This document shows, piece after piece, positions 39,213-52,319 of a DNA stretch of 64,000 nt (position 1 is its first letter; every line of letters starts with the position of its first letter). Made by a program: the position numbers and the translations under genes. Under the pieces are notes generated by a model. It was not told the DNA's origin and made no database searches. It worked only from the letters and a program-made list of their open reading frames with translations. Source of the stretch: Leucoraja ocellata (Eukaryota); NCBI GenBank assembly GCA_036785375.1, contig JAWMAR010000030.1, positions 2,480,001 through 2,544,000 on the forward strand, in the 5' to 3' direction.

Positions 39213-40345
39213 ATACATGGAAAAAGGTGCGGGAGTAGATCATTCGGCCCTTCGAGCCAGGTGATTAACCATTCAATGTGATCATGGTTAATAACCTATA
39301 ATCAGTACCTTGTTCCTGCCTTCTCTCCCTTGATTCCACTAGCCCTAAGATCTCTATCTAACTCTCTTTTGAATGCATCCAGTGAATCGGCCTCCACTGC
39401 CTTCTGAGGCAGAGAATTCCACAAATTCACAACTCGCTGGATGAAAACGTTTTTCCTCATCTCAATTGTAAATGGCCTACTCCTTATTCTTAAACTCCGG
39501 TTCTGGACTCCCCCAACTTCGGGAACATGTTTCCTGCATCTATTGTGTCCAATCCCTTCATAATTTTATATGTTTCTATAAGATCCCCTCTCTTCCTTTT
39601 ACATTCCAGTGAATATAAGCTCAGTCATTCCATTCTTTCATCATATGATAGTCCCGCCATCCCGGGAATTAACCTCGTGAATCTACCCTGCTCAATAGCA
39701 TGAATGTCCTTCCTCAAATTAGGAGACTAAAACTGCACACAATACTCCAGGTGCAGTCCTCACCAGGGCCCTGTACAACTGCAGAAGGACCTATACTCAA
39801 ATCCTCTCGTTATGAAGGCCAACGCATCCAATCCACAAGAACTGATCCAGTATTTATAGAACATTGAGAAATGGTCACCAATGCGTCCACGATTTCTAGA
39901 GCCACCTCCTTAAGTACCCTGGGATGCAGACCATCAGGCCCTGGGGATTTATCAGCCTTCAGTCCCATCAGTCTACCGAACACCATTTCCTGAGTAATGT
40001 GAATTTCCTTCAGTTTCCCTGGCACCCTAGGTCCGCTGTCCCCTAGTACATCTGGGAGATTGTATGTGTCTTCCTTGGTGACAGAACCAAAGTCTGAAGA
40101 AGGGTTTCGGCCCAAACCGTTGCCCATTTCATTAGCTCCATAAATGCTGCTGCACCCGCTGAGTTTCTCCAGCATTTCTGTCTACCTTCGATTTTCCAGC
40201 ATCTGCAGTTCCTTCTTAAATACCTGTTCAACTTGTCTGCTATTTCCTTGTTCCCCATAATAAATTCACCTGTTTCTGTCTTCAAGGGACCCACATTGGT
40301 CTTAACTGATGTTTTCCTTTTCACATACCTAAAGAAGCTTTTCAT
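39213..40345 (-). mobile_element. CR1-like LINE with internal deletion and a nested Penelope terminus (about 40092-40220)
   Basis: Minus-strand 3'UTR and ORF2 pieces (LKADKSPGPDGLHPRVLKEVALEIVDAL; KSFFRYVKRK..NVGPLKTETGE). Confidence 0.85.
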
Positions 40346-40426
40346 GTGTTTTAACAACACACCCTTACTGATTCTCCGACCACCCACTGACACTCTGGGC
40401 AATTTACAATTGCCGATTCACTTTCA

Positions 40427-40685
40427 GGTGAGGAGGCAAAGATTTAATGGGAACCATTTTGTAGAAATGGTAGTGGATGTATGGAACGAGCTGCCGGGGG
40501 AGGTAGTTGAGGCAGGCACTATCGCAGCATTTAAGAAACATTTAGACAGGTATATGGATAGGACAGGTTTGGAGGGATATGGGCCAAATGCAGGCAGGTG
40601 GGACTAGAGTAGATGGGACATGTTGGTCGGTGTGGGCAAGTTGGGCCGAATGGGGACTGTTTCCACACTGTATGACTCTATGACA
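40427..40685 (+). mobile_element. CR1/HER1-like 3' end
   Basis: VWNELPGEVVEAGTIAAFKKHLDRYM followed by 3'UTR. Confidence 0.75.
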
Positions 40686-43600
40686 CTTAACAATGGTAGG
40701 TTCCTGTAAAATGCTGCAGGGCAGGTGGTAGAAGCAGATGTGATATCAGCATTTAAGTGGCATTAGACAGGGACAAGAACCGACAGCAATGGAGGAACGT
40801 AAATGATGAGCAGGCAGATTAGGTTACTTTAAATTGCCACTATGGTTGGCACAGGCATGGTGATCTGAAATGCCCATGGTTTCTTGTGCTGTAGTGTCTC
40901 CGGAACTGGTGTACTACAATGCTGCCAATTATATTTTGCACACTGTATCTTCCCCTTTGTTCTCACTCTTGCACTGACGTTTGGCCTGATTGCATTTCTG
41001 CATTGTCCATCTGATGTACAGCTCTTCACTGGGCATTGGTGCATGTGGTAACGATAAATCTGAACCTGAACCTTATGTTCTATATTTAAGACATAGATTC
41101 TGGATGAACAAAGGGGTGAACTGTTACTGTGGATAGGCAGGAAAGTTAACTTGTACATCGGGGAGATTTGCAGGCAAGAGGGAAACTAGGCAGTGGTGAA
41201 TGACGAGGAAATGGAAAGCACTGTAAGAAAATAGCATTCATCCAAGTGGGGCAAAAAAGTGGTGAATCATATGTAACCCATAGACATGCAGAATAATGTG
41301 ATGGGGAGATGATTGAAACCTAAGAAACACATAATAAATGGGAAGATACTGGTTAGAGATAGAGCATGGAAACAGGCACTTCAAAAGAGTAAATAGAAAT
41401 GACCTAGTTCCCTACGCAAAGCATAAAAACTAAGGATATAGCTTTGAAGTAGCTGGTTGAAGGACTAGAGAGGAGATAAGGAAGTCGTTTCACTTGGGAG
41501 ATGATTAGAGTCTGTAACTCACCACTGATCAGGCAGTAGAAGCAGAAACCCATATCACGTTTAGATGGTGTTTGGAGAAATGAATTTCCCAGAGAGACTT
41601 GGCTTGCTGAGAGGTTAAAGAAAGGACTTCCAGAACATGGAGCCGAGTTTAAAAGATTTCTGGTGCAGGAGCTTCTTCTTATCGAGTCCCACACACAAGA
41701 TTAGACGTTGTTCAGCCAGAGCTGAGCACACGACTTGGCATCAGCATAGAATGGTGTCTGTCTTGTGCTTCTTATGCTTGGTGGTGGAAAGATTGGTGAA
41801 AACAGGGCCGCGACGTGAACGCTCTTTCCTTGACCTTGCTCCTTGCAGGAGCTCATAGTGCAATAGGTGGTTATATTATGCAGTAAAGCTGGGGGAATTA
41901 GCCCGAGTGGGGCTTTGTGTTACCCTGTTGCTGTTGAAGTTGCAAAGTTCAACCTGGCTACTTATGTTCCTTGCCTCCTGCATCCTATTTCCCAGAGATG
42001 GGATCCCCAGTCACCACTGATGTCTGTCCCCGCATCACTGCAGTCCTCTCGAGGCATTGGCTTGCTGTGTTCATGCATTCCACTTGTGCCTTCCTCCCAG
42101 GGACCTCTTGAAGGGTTTACCAACCCAATGCAAAGATGCCCTCAGCTACTTCTCCCAGTCCCAATATTGAACAAGCCTGCAGTCTAGTAATGACTGTTGC
42201 TGCAATATCTCATGCAGATTAAAAAAGGAGCCATATCAATAATACAAAATGATAGCCAATTTAAGAACAGGTGGTGTAATGTAGGGTTATGGAAAACGGA
42301 ATAGACTAACTTGAGACCACTTTGTTGAAGCTATGGCTCGTGTGGGATCTGAACTGTACACCTGCCATTTACCCATCATCTCTTCATCATTTGATGTTAG
42401 TTTTAACATCCACAATTGCCATTCAGGGAATCCAGTACCAAACATCTACTGTGTAGGAAGGAACTGCAGATGCTGGTTTAAACCAAAGCTGGAGTAACTC
42501 AGTGGGACAGACAACTTCTTTGGTGAGAAGGAATGGCTGGCATTTCGTCTTGACTCAAACGTCACTCATTCCTTCTCTCCGGAGCTGCTGCCTGTCCCGC
42601 TGAGTTACTTCAGCTGTAACTTGTGTCCAAACTTCTACCACCAGACAGCTGTGCCTGTGATGGGCCGGGCTGAATCCACCGCTCTCTGCAGCCTGTGCGT
42701 TGCAATTGCCATACCAGGCCATGATACAACCAGTCAGGGTACGTTCTGCAGTGCATTCATAGCTGTGTTATTTAGTCATGGGATCTGCACAGGGTATTTA
42801 TTTCCATCCACGCAGCCCTGGAGAAGGCCGTGGTGAACCACTTTCTGAAACCAAAGTGTATTTAAAAAGGAAGTCATGATCTGGTCTCAAGAGTGGGATA
42901 TTTGTTATACTGATTGTATTGGGAAGGGTGATTATAGGGTGATGGGTTGTATATATGACTAAGAGATACTGTGTAGTATACGAGGGGTTTTTCTTTTTTC
43001 TTTTTTTCTCTCTTTTTTTTATGGCTTTGTAAATATTTGATTAGTGTATAAATATAAATAATTTGGTGTACATATAGCTGCTAAATTTGTATAAGAAAAT
43101 TATAAGCAGTTGAATAAGCGGTGGGAATTAATAAGCTTTGGCTTCTTCCTGCTCCGTTTTGGACACATATGATTTCATTTATTTATAAATATTTCTTTAT
43201 GACACTTTCTAAATTGTGTTTTTTGTATGCTGTTTCACACTTGCTTTTTATTCTTTTATTTTGTTCGAAAAATAAAGAATGAAATAAAAAATAAAATAAG
43301 TGTGTCCTCATTCAGGGGATTATTCTGTGAGTTTCTGCTGATGATGGCTTTATCAGCCAGCATTCACTGAGTAACTGCACCAAAACGGGTCAGTTATCAG
43401 CTCTGCGGTGCCTGGCGGGTTCTCCACAGATAGGACTGGGATCAATAAACACACTTTTCCAAAGAGTTGTCTCGACCTGGAGGCCCACTGAAGGAACAAT
43501 GCAAGCACTCCGGGCCCACCAGCAGTGCTGGTTCTCAGAAGCAGAGTCAATAATATTGATGAATGAAACACTGCCAAGTACCACTGCTTGGAAAGAGTAT

Positions 43601-44046
43601 GCGGCAATATTGGCACGCACGCAAGCGATTTTTTTTGGGTTCTGCCATTTGAACAGGGTAACGCACCCACTATTTCAAGAATTTAATTTAAATTATTTTA
43701 ATTAAGTTAGAGTATTTAAATTTAAAAAATGTCTAATAAAGTCCGAAAGGTCTTGTCCTGAAAGATCACCCATTCCTTCCCTCCAGAGATGCTGCCTGTC
43801 CCGCTGGGTTACTCCAGCATATCTTTGGCGTAAACCAGCATCTGAAGTTCCTTCCTCCATTGTTCCCCAGACCTGTTTTGCCCCTACCCTGAAGGCAGTG
43901 ACAATTTTTGTTTGACTCCAGCCATGCATTAGAGAAATGTTTATCAAAAATTGGACAAATGATGTAAAGAGAGGTTAAGTCAGCAGTAACAACTTTGCGC
44001 CCAGATTTTCAATGACTTTTGTGTATACTTTGATGGTAAAGATGGT

Positions 44047-44280
44047 AAGGGCACAGCAGTAGTTGCCTACAACGTCAAAGATGCGGGTTCGATCCTGACT
44101 ACAGGTGCTATTTGTTCTCCCTGTGACCTGTGTGATTTTTCTCCGGGATCTCCAGTTTCCTCCCACACTCCAAAGACATACGGGTTTGAGGGCTAATTGG
44201 CTTGGTGTAATTGTAACTTGTCTCCGGTATGTGTAAGAACGGGATTGCTGTTTCATCGCTGTAAACTAAACTAAACTAAA
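44047..44280 (+). mobile_element. V-SINE, degraded
   Basis: GGTTCGATCC box, V-domain and (taaac)n tail. Confidence 0.65.
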
Positions 44281-45282
44281 GATACTTTTTATAAATGCAG
44301 GTCCTTGGTGTAAACTTGCTTAGTGTCCTTACACAACAAAATAGGAACAGCCAGGTAGCTCCAAACAGCTGTGTTTAAGAAGGAACTGCAGATGCTGGAA
44401 AATCCAAGGTACACAAAAATACTGGAGAAACTCCGCGGGTGTTTCCCAAGGGTTTCGGCCTGAAAAGTTGCTCCATAGATGCTGCTGCACCCGCTGAGTT
44501 TCTCCAGTATTTTAGTGTAGCTCTCAACAGCTGCAAGGTGATTTGTAACTTTAATTTTTTTTAGTTGGTTATTAAGGTTTCTAAATTTCGAAAATCAACT
44601 TTCTTCCTAAAAGATCTGTGCAAGTATCCAAGCACGGTGCGGGCACAATCATCGATGCTCTTCACAAAGCTTGATCGAGCCCGTTTAGCTGGCTGCCGTA
44701 CACGTTTGTTTCTCCTTGCACTGCAGCGCTGAAGCTCATTGTAAATAGACTCTGACTACATTTATTGCACTTAAAAGATAATTAACCTTAGGCCTCAAAT
44801 TACGCTGTGCAAATAATAGCTCAATGGATGCTTGACCCTGTTCATTTCAATTCCCCCCCCAGCCAGTTAGTTTAACAGAGTGAATTGGTTTACTTAAGGC
44901 CAATCAGCACTGTTGAAGTTTGCTGAAGCATATACCTGTTGCTATTGACATAACATGGTTTCAGGTGCAACATCGATGAAGTGTTGTGGACTTATCGACA
45001 AAGCATGGTTTAAGTTGCCGGTATCGCCTGGGACTGGTTCTCTGCTTCACCTTTCCACCCATTTAATTAGCCGTTTGGTGCCGAATGCCCAAGAGGTTAT
45101 CTCCAATCTTCTCTGGCCCACACGACCATTGCCTTTGCTATCTCAGCCCTCAGCTCCCTCTCCTCCACCTAACTCCACACTGTCTCATGATTCAGAACCA
45201 ACGGCAGAGATAGAGTCGCCATTGTAGATGGGAGTGTCTCTGGGAGTTGGGAACAGTTGTTGACAACCACCGCCTAAGATCT

Positions 45283-45870
45283 GTCATAAGGTCATAAGGA
45301 ATAGGAGTAGAATTCGACCATTCTGCCTATCAAGTCTATCAAGTCATTGCCATTCAATCGTGGCTGATCTATCTCTCCCTCCCTCCTAACTACATTCTCC
45401 AGCCTTCTCCCCACAACCTCTGACACCTGTACTAATCAAGAATCTATCTATCTCTACCTTAAAAATATCCACTGACTTGGCAAAGAATTCCACAGATTTA
45501 CCACCCTCTGACTAAAGAAATTGCTCCTCATCTCCTTCCTAAAAGATCGTCCTTTCATTTTGATTCCTCTAGTCCTAGACTCTCCCACTAGTGGAAACAT
45601 CCTCTCCACATCCACCCTATCCAAGCCTTTCACTATTCTGTTTGTTTCAATGAGGTCCCTCCTCATTCTTCTAAGTTCCAGCGAGGACAGGCCCAGTTCC
45701 AACAAACGCTCATTATAGGTGAACCTACTCATTCCTGGGAAGTCTTGTAAACCTCCTCTGGACCCTCTCCACGGCCAGCACATCCTTCCTCAGATATGGT
45801 GCCCAAAGTGGCTCACAATATTCCAAGTGCAGCCTTACCAGCGCCTTAAAGATCCTCAGCATTACATCCC
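45283..45870 (-). mobile_element. CR1-like LINE 3' fragment
   Basis: LELRRMRRDLIET..GESRTRG..FFSQRVVNLWNSLP on the minus strand. Confidence 0.8.
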
Positions 45871-46476
45871 TGTGCACTTGAGATGTACCCGCTGATACAA
45901 TCTATATAGTCATGAAACAATTGTTTATTTTCAATAGTGCTGAGAAAATTATCGACCACAAGTCTTTCGTCCTACTATTTTTGAGCCTATTTCTGAGCCT
46001 ACTCCTATTTCTGAAGACGGCTCTCGACCCGAAACGTTGCCTATTTCCTTCGCTCCATAGATGCTGCCTCACCCGCTGAGTTTCTCCAGCATTTTTGTCT
46101 ACCTTCGATTTTCCAGCATCTGCAGTTCCTTCTTAAACAAAAGCTATTTTTGATCTGTTGTTTCAGTGGGTAGAAAGATATTCAGATAATTGCAGCATAT
46201 CAGGATGTTCGAGAGACAGCGCAAGACCCAGAGTCATTGTCAGTGCTTTATTGGCACACGTCAGGGGAAATTAATTTTACAACTAACTCCACGAATAGAC
46301 AGGGCAGCCGCCTGCAAACCTCCACATAACAACGACAGTCCAACAATAACTCATTATTGCTGAGACCTAATGGTCTTTCATCCTTTCAAAGCTCTAGGTA
46401 GGAACTTGAGGAGGGACGTTCTGTTTAAACGATGATGATTTTGTTTGTGTTTTAATAGTTTTCTTCTCTTGTGTAG

Positions 46477-46522
46477 GATGATTACATCCGGACATGGGAT
46501 CAGCATCAGGCCTTCGATGAGG
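46477..46522 (+). CDS. SPOCK2: 46-nt coding exon DDYIRTWDQHQAFDE (phase 0 to 1)
   Basis: ttttcttctcttgtgtAG|GATGATTACATCCGGACATGGGATCAGCATCAGGCCTTCGATGAGG|GTGAGT. Homologous to SPOCK2 DDYIKSWEDNQQGDE and SPOCK3 DDYFRTWSPGKPFDQ. Confidence 0.92.
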
Positions 46523-47669
46523 GTGAGTTTTTCCATCGAGGCTTTTCTTTTTTGTGAGACTGGGAGTTTCAAACTGAGTTGTTTCATTAGATGATTTAGT
46601 GTTTCTGTAACTCTGTCTCAATTCCATCCATGGACACTCACGCTGTCCCAATTTCCAGCCCATTTTCCCTCTCTTCCTATTTACTTCCCTCGCCTTTTAT
46701 TTCCCTTTCTCTCCCTCTATATCTGTGAGCTTTCTAAATGAAATTAGTTTGCTTTTTTGTTTCAACAGGACTTGAGCCTTCTGCTTGCAATTCAGATATC
46801 ATTTAATACCAAGGTGATAGTGAGCAAAGCAAAGGTCATTGTTAGCCCAGGGTCAGTAGGTACCAAACTCACCTCAGAAGGAAGTGAGATCCAGTCCCTC
46901 ACCAAATATATAGGTGTATGTTTATAATTTATATATATATGGGCTGTTAGTCTGTGAGAGGGAGAGAAAGGCTGACCTGCTGAGTTACTCCAGATTTTTG
47001 TGTATTAATCATATGGGGAGAAGGCAGGAACGGGGTACTGATTGTGGATGATCAGCCATGATTACATTGAATGGCGGTGCTGTCTCGAAGGGCCGAATGG
47101 CCTACTCCTGCACCTATTGTCTATTGTCTATTGTCTATCATATTGAATGGCGGTGCTGTATCGAAGGGCCGAATGGCCTACTCCTGCACCTATTGTCTAT
47201 TGTTTCCATGAATCAGGGGGGTTCCGTCTGAGAGGGGAGTGGAGAGAATGGCAGAGACTGAAGAATAACCTTGAGCATGGGCAGGGACAGAGCAGGGCAC
47301 TGTGTCCTTCCTCTGTCAGTCAGTAGGCTACTTCTAGGCTCAACGGAGATTAACGGAGAACAAACAGTTGAGGTGAATGAGTGGTGTCAGCTGGCTACTG
47401 GGCCGTGTCATGTAGCCTGGTGTTGGTACAGCTGTCAGCCATCAGCTGTAAGCATGTGTGAAATAAATCAGCTGAGCTGCCAGAGATGGGAGATTATGCC
47501 CGAGTGCTGGAGCCCCTGGGAACATTGAAGGCAGCACAGAGACAGAGCAGCTGAAGCATACATTGAATTTGTTGCAGAGACGCAGACTGACGCAGACATG
47601 CTGGGAGAACAGGGTTTTATCAATTTTAACAACACTTTAACAACTTCAAGGCTCCATCCAAGAACTCAA

Positions 47670-48197
47670 ACAGTCCAGGTGAGGCAGAGGTTCACTTGCA
47701 CCTTCTCCATCCTCATCTACTGTATCCGCTGTTCCAGGTGTCAACTTCTCTACATCGGCGAGACTAAGCGCAGGCTCGGCGATCGTTTCGCTGAACTCCT
47801 CCGCTCAGTCTGTCTTAACCAACCTGATCTCCCGGTGGCCCAGCTCTTCAACTCCCACTCCCATTCCCAATCTGACCTTTCTGTCCTGGGCCTCCTCCAT
47901 TGTCAGAGTGAGGTCCAGCGCAAATTGGAGGAACAGCACCTCATATTTGGCTTGGGCTAGTTTATACCCCAGCGGTATGAACATTGACTTTAGATAGCCC
48001 TTGCTTTCTCTCTCTCCATCCTCTCCCCCTTCCCAGTTCTCCCACTAGTCTTACTGTCTCCACCTCCATTCTATCTTTGTCCTGCCCCTGCCCTGACATC
48101 ATTCTGAAGAAGGGTCCCGACCTGAAACGTCACCCATTCCTTCTCTCCAGAGATGCTGCCTCACCCACTGAGTTACTCCAGCATTTTGTGTACACCT
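47670..48197 (+). mobile_element. Penelope-like retroelement 3' part: GIY-YIG endonuclease remnant and terminus with hammerhead-like core
   Basis: QVRQRFTCT..LIYCIRCSRCQLLYIGETKRRLGDRFAE..PVAQLFN..E.QHLIF.LG, then a pyrimidine tract and CTGAAGAAGGGTCCCGACCTGAAACGTC at 48104-48131. Confidence 0.85.
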
Positions 48198-48249
48198 AGG
48201 CTTTATCAATGCTGGTTTAACCAGGTTAGGATTCCTTAAAACTGGACCA

Positions 48250-48482
48250 CATAGACAAAAAAAAGCTGGTGTAACTCAGCGGGTCAGGCAGCATCTCTGG
48301 AGAAAATGAATAGGTGACGTTGCGGGTCGGGACCCTTCTTCAGACTAACTACTGAAAACAGTCTGAAGAAGGGTCTCGACCCGAAATGTCATCTATTCCT
48401 TTTCTCCATTCTCCAGAGATGCTGACTGACTCGCTGAGTTACTCCAGCTTTTTGTGTCTATCTTCTGTTTAAACCAGCATCC
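48250..48482. mobile_element. Penelope-derived hairpin with a hammerhead-like core on each strand
   Basis: ..gacccttcttcagac [spacer] gtctgaagaagggtctcgacccgaaatgtc.. Confidence 0.75.
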
Positions 48483-49189
48483 TTCCTGCACTATAGACCG
48501 CGTACCAGGAGTCAGTCTTCCTGAGCTCCATGAATTTTCTACATATCTGATAATGAACTGTGGGGGCCCAGCATGTTTAACATATTATGAAAAGCACCTT
48601 GGTGCTATTTTTATTGTTGGTTTTAGTTTGCTAATAACGCCACTCAACACATCAGCGTTTCAGATATGTGGCAATGTCAACCAGTATAAAGTGAACATGT
48701 CAGGTCACCGCATCTAAAGAGACATTGAAATAATACAGAATGGGGGCAAGTCAAGTTGAGTGGATCATTATATGCATGTGTACAGTGAAGTGTAGATACA
48801 ATGAACATCTAGCTTGCAGCAGCATCACAGGCAAGTAGACTCAACCAGCACGCAAAACATTAATTATGAATTATCTATAAATTCTACAAGGCAGTGAAAA
48901 GAAAAAGACTGTGCAAAAACAAGACATTCAGAAGTGCAAAGCGCAGTTAGAAAACAAGTCCATGGTGGTGCAAAGGTGGTCCATAATGCTCGGTTGCTGA
49001 GGTAGGATTAGGGTTGTGCAGTAAAATGGAGAACCAAGGAACTGATAATGCTGGAACCTTAAGCAAAACACAGTGCTGGAGGATCTCGGCGGATCCGGCA
49101 GCATCTGCGGAAGAAGTGAAAGCACATTCCCGTCGCAGATGCTGCCTGACCCACTGAGTTACTCCAGCACTTTGTGTTTTGCTTTGGGT

Positions 49190-49500
49190 TGTGCAGGTCA
49201 GTTCAAAAACTTGATGGTTAGAGAAACGTAGCTGCTCTTGAACCTGGTGATGTGGGACTTCAGGCATCTGTACCTCCTGTGCGATGGTAGCAGTGAGAAG
49301 AGGAACGGCCCGAATGGTGGGGATTCTGTATGAGAGATGCAGCCGTCTTGAGGCAGCACCTCGTGTAGATGCTATCGATGGTGGGAAGGTTGGAATGGGG
49401 TGAGTCCACCACTCTGCAGCCTCTGTACATTGGAATTGCCGTTGCAGGTCATGATACGACCAATGAGGTCCCACGGTACATCTGCAGAAGTTTGGTAGAT
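49190..49500 (-). mobile_element. Rex1/Babar-like LINE remnant
   Basis: Decayed reverse complement resembling 14870-15170. Confidence 0.55.
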
Positions 49501-49755
49501 GCCAGAGTAGACTTTAATTTGTTTTTGTTTAGTTCAGATTCAGATTCAGATTCAGATTCAACTTTAATTGTCATTGTCAGTGTACAGTACAGAGACAACG
49601 AAATGCAGTTAGCATCTCCCTGGAAGAGCGACATAGAATATGATTTCAATAAATAAATCTGTTTACATGCATACAGTCATAGACTTCTTTTTTCCTGTGG
49701 GAGGAGTGTCCGGGGGGGAGGGGGGGGGGTGATTGGCAGTCACCGAGGTACATTG

Positions 49756-50045
49756 TTTAGAGATACAGTGCGGAAACTGTCCTTTTGGCCCACCGAGTCT
49801 GTGCCAACCAGCGACCACCCCATGCACTAGCACTCTCCCACACACTAGAGACAATTTTCAATTTTACAGAACCCATTAACCTACAAATGTATACGTCTTT
49901 GGCATGCGACTGGAAGCCGAAGCACCCGGAGGAAACCCATGCGGTCACAGGGAGAGCGTACAAACTCCATACCAACAGCACCCGCAGTCAGGACCGCAAC
50001 CGGGTGCTGTAAGGAAGCAACTCGACCGCTGCGCCACAGTGCCAC
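49756..50045 (-). mobile_element. V-SINE
   Basis: Tail, V-domain and head on the minus strand. Confidence 0.7.
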
Positions 50046-52319
50046 TCCTTCTATTTTGTATCACCTTGTGAAGAAGGGTTCTGACCCAAAATGTCTATCC
50101 ATGCTGCCTGACCCAGTGAGTAACTCACGATTCACAGATCCTTGTGCCTCTTGCATTATATTCTGTTGCTCTGTAACACCACCTAATGAAGAATTGATGC
50201 AATTACTAGCCTATGATTATACAGTTTCAAACCCAGGTGAATTTGATAACATAACAAAGAATGTAATAAGTAGTAAAGCTAATAGATATTCGGAGATGTG
50301 GGACAAACTTGGATTGTTTTTTCTGGAGTGTAGGAGGTTGAGAGAGACCTCAGAAATATATAACGTAGATAGTCAGAATGTGCAGGAAGGAACTGCAGAT
50401 GCTGGTTTAATCCGAAGATAGACACAAAAAACTGGAGTAACTCAGCGGATCAGACAGCATCTCTGGCGGGAAGGAATGGGTGACGTTTCGGATCGGGACC
50501 TTCGTCAGAACCTTTTTTCTCAGTGGAAATGTCAAAGATCAAGGGAAGAGGGAGAAAGTTTAAGGGAACTTTGCAGAGCAAGTTTTGATAAGGAGAGTGG
50601 TGCGTACATGGAACACGCTGGTGATGGAGGCTGATAAGAGTGGCATTGAAGAGGCTTTTAGATAGGCACCGGGACATGCAGTGAATAGAGGCAGAGAGGA
50701 TTAGTTTATCTTGGCTTCATGTTCGGTACAGACATTGTGGGCCTGTTCCTGTGTTGTTCTCTCCTATGTTCTTTAGGTTAGTTGAAGGACCTCCTGCTGC
50801 GTCACCCAATGCAGCACGGCCCTGAGCCTTTGATAATCAGGCAGCCTTGGGTCTAATTGTTGCTCTCCTCAAGGACACCAAACATAGCACTCTTTCAGTT
50901 GTTGGAAGGAACTGCAGATGCTGGTTTAAACCGAAGATAGACGCAAAATGCTGGAGCAACTCAGCGGGACATGCTCCATCTCTGGAGAGAAGACGTTTCG
51001 GGTCATTCACACTGCTAAACCCCAACTCATGTTGTAGAGATAGTGCGTTACTTCTGCTTTCTGGTTAACCTACACCCAATAACTGGACAGTTCGGATTTA
51101 ACCCCTTGAATGTCGCCCATTCCTTCTATCCAGAGATGCTGCCTGCCTGTCCCCGCTGAGTTAGTCCGGCATTTTGTGTCTCTCTTTAGCACACTTGCAG
51201 TCCTGGGCTCACAAACCAATCTGTGAGTCCAGGAGTCTCCGCACTTGAAAGTTGTAGCGGAGATGATCAATGAGATGAGATACGGGTGAATCCCACACAC
51301 TGACAAGCTTGAAGAAGACGTGTGTGGATTGCACAAGCAAAGCAGTTAACAGTTGGTAGACGTGACCCAGCCAGTAACTCGTGGTGGTAAACTGTTCATT
51401 TTTATCTGACTTTATCCAGTGGATTTGAGAATCCCTGTGGCAAGAACAGTCCGAGGCAGACATCAATAATATGCTACCTTGCTTCTTGCGTGCAGGTCCA
51501 ACACGCTAAAGATTTCTGATGTAATTGAATAGATATGGTCGTGCGCACTGAGCAAAAACAGTGAGACAACAGTGTGAGTTGCCTCTTAAGTCCCAACTCA
51601 GGGGCCACAGTGATTTTATTTGCTGCCAGGTTCTGTGAATATGCATGTTGGCAACAAGGCAGATAAGAAAGTGCTTCATTCTTTATTGTTATTGATCTTA
51701 GGGCCTGCAGCCCAATAAATTAATTTTGTAGGAAGGAACTGCAGATGTTGGTTTAAACCGAAGATAGACACAAAAAGCTGGAGTAACTCAGCGGGACAGG
51801 CAGCATCTCAGGAAAAAGAGTCTCGACCCGAGACGTCTCCCTTTCCTTACTCCAGGGATACTGTCTGTCCCGCTGAGTTACTCCAGCACATTTTTTTGTG
51901 TTAAATCCAACCCCAATCTGTTCTCTGTGCTAAAGGAACTCGGTGACTGGCACTGTTCCTCCAGCACTTTGTGTTTTGCTCAAGATTCCAGCATCTGCAG
52001 TTCCTTCGGCCCATTTCTGTTTTCTTATGCGTCATAAAAATTCCCACAGCACAGTTTTGAAAAGAGGAGGCCAGGCTCTGTTCACTGTTGTCCTGGCTGA
52101 TAATTATCTTCCAAGGAACAGCAGTGAAACCAGTTATCACAGTCCTCTCCTCTAGTTACAAATTGTCTGATATCTCCCATATTATTAACACTGACCTCAA
52201 TGCAGAAGTAGGGTGTTGGTTGTAATTTGGATTACTGAATATGAAAGGCGCTATGGAAATGCAAACTCAATATGTTCCAAGAGAAAGTCTTCTGGATTAT
52301 AATACCATGTTGATACACG

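Noticed and set aside
47010-47205. Tandemly repeated 70-bp segment
   Set aside because: A duplicated CR1 3' terminus, which is an ordinary retrotransposition or slippage product.
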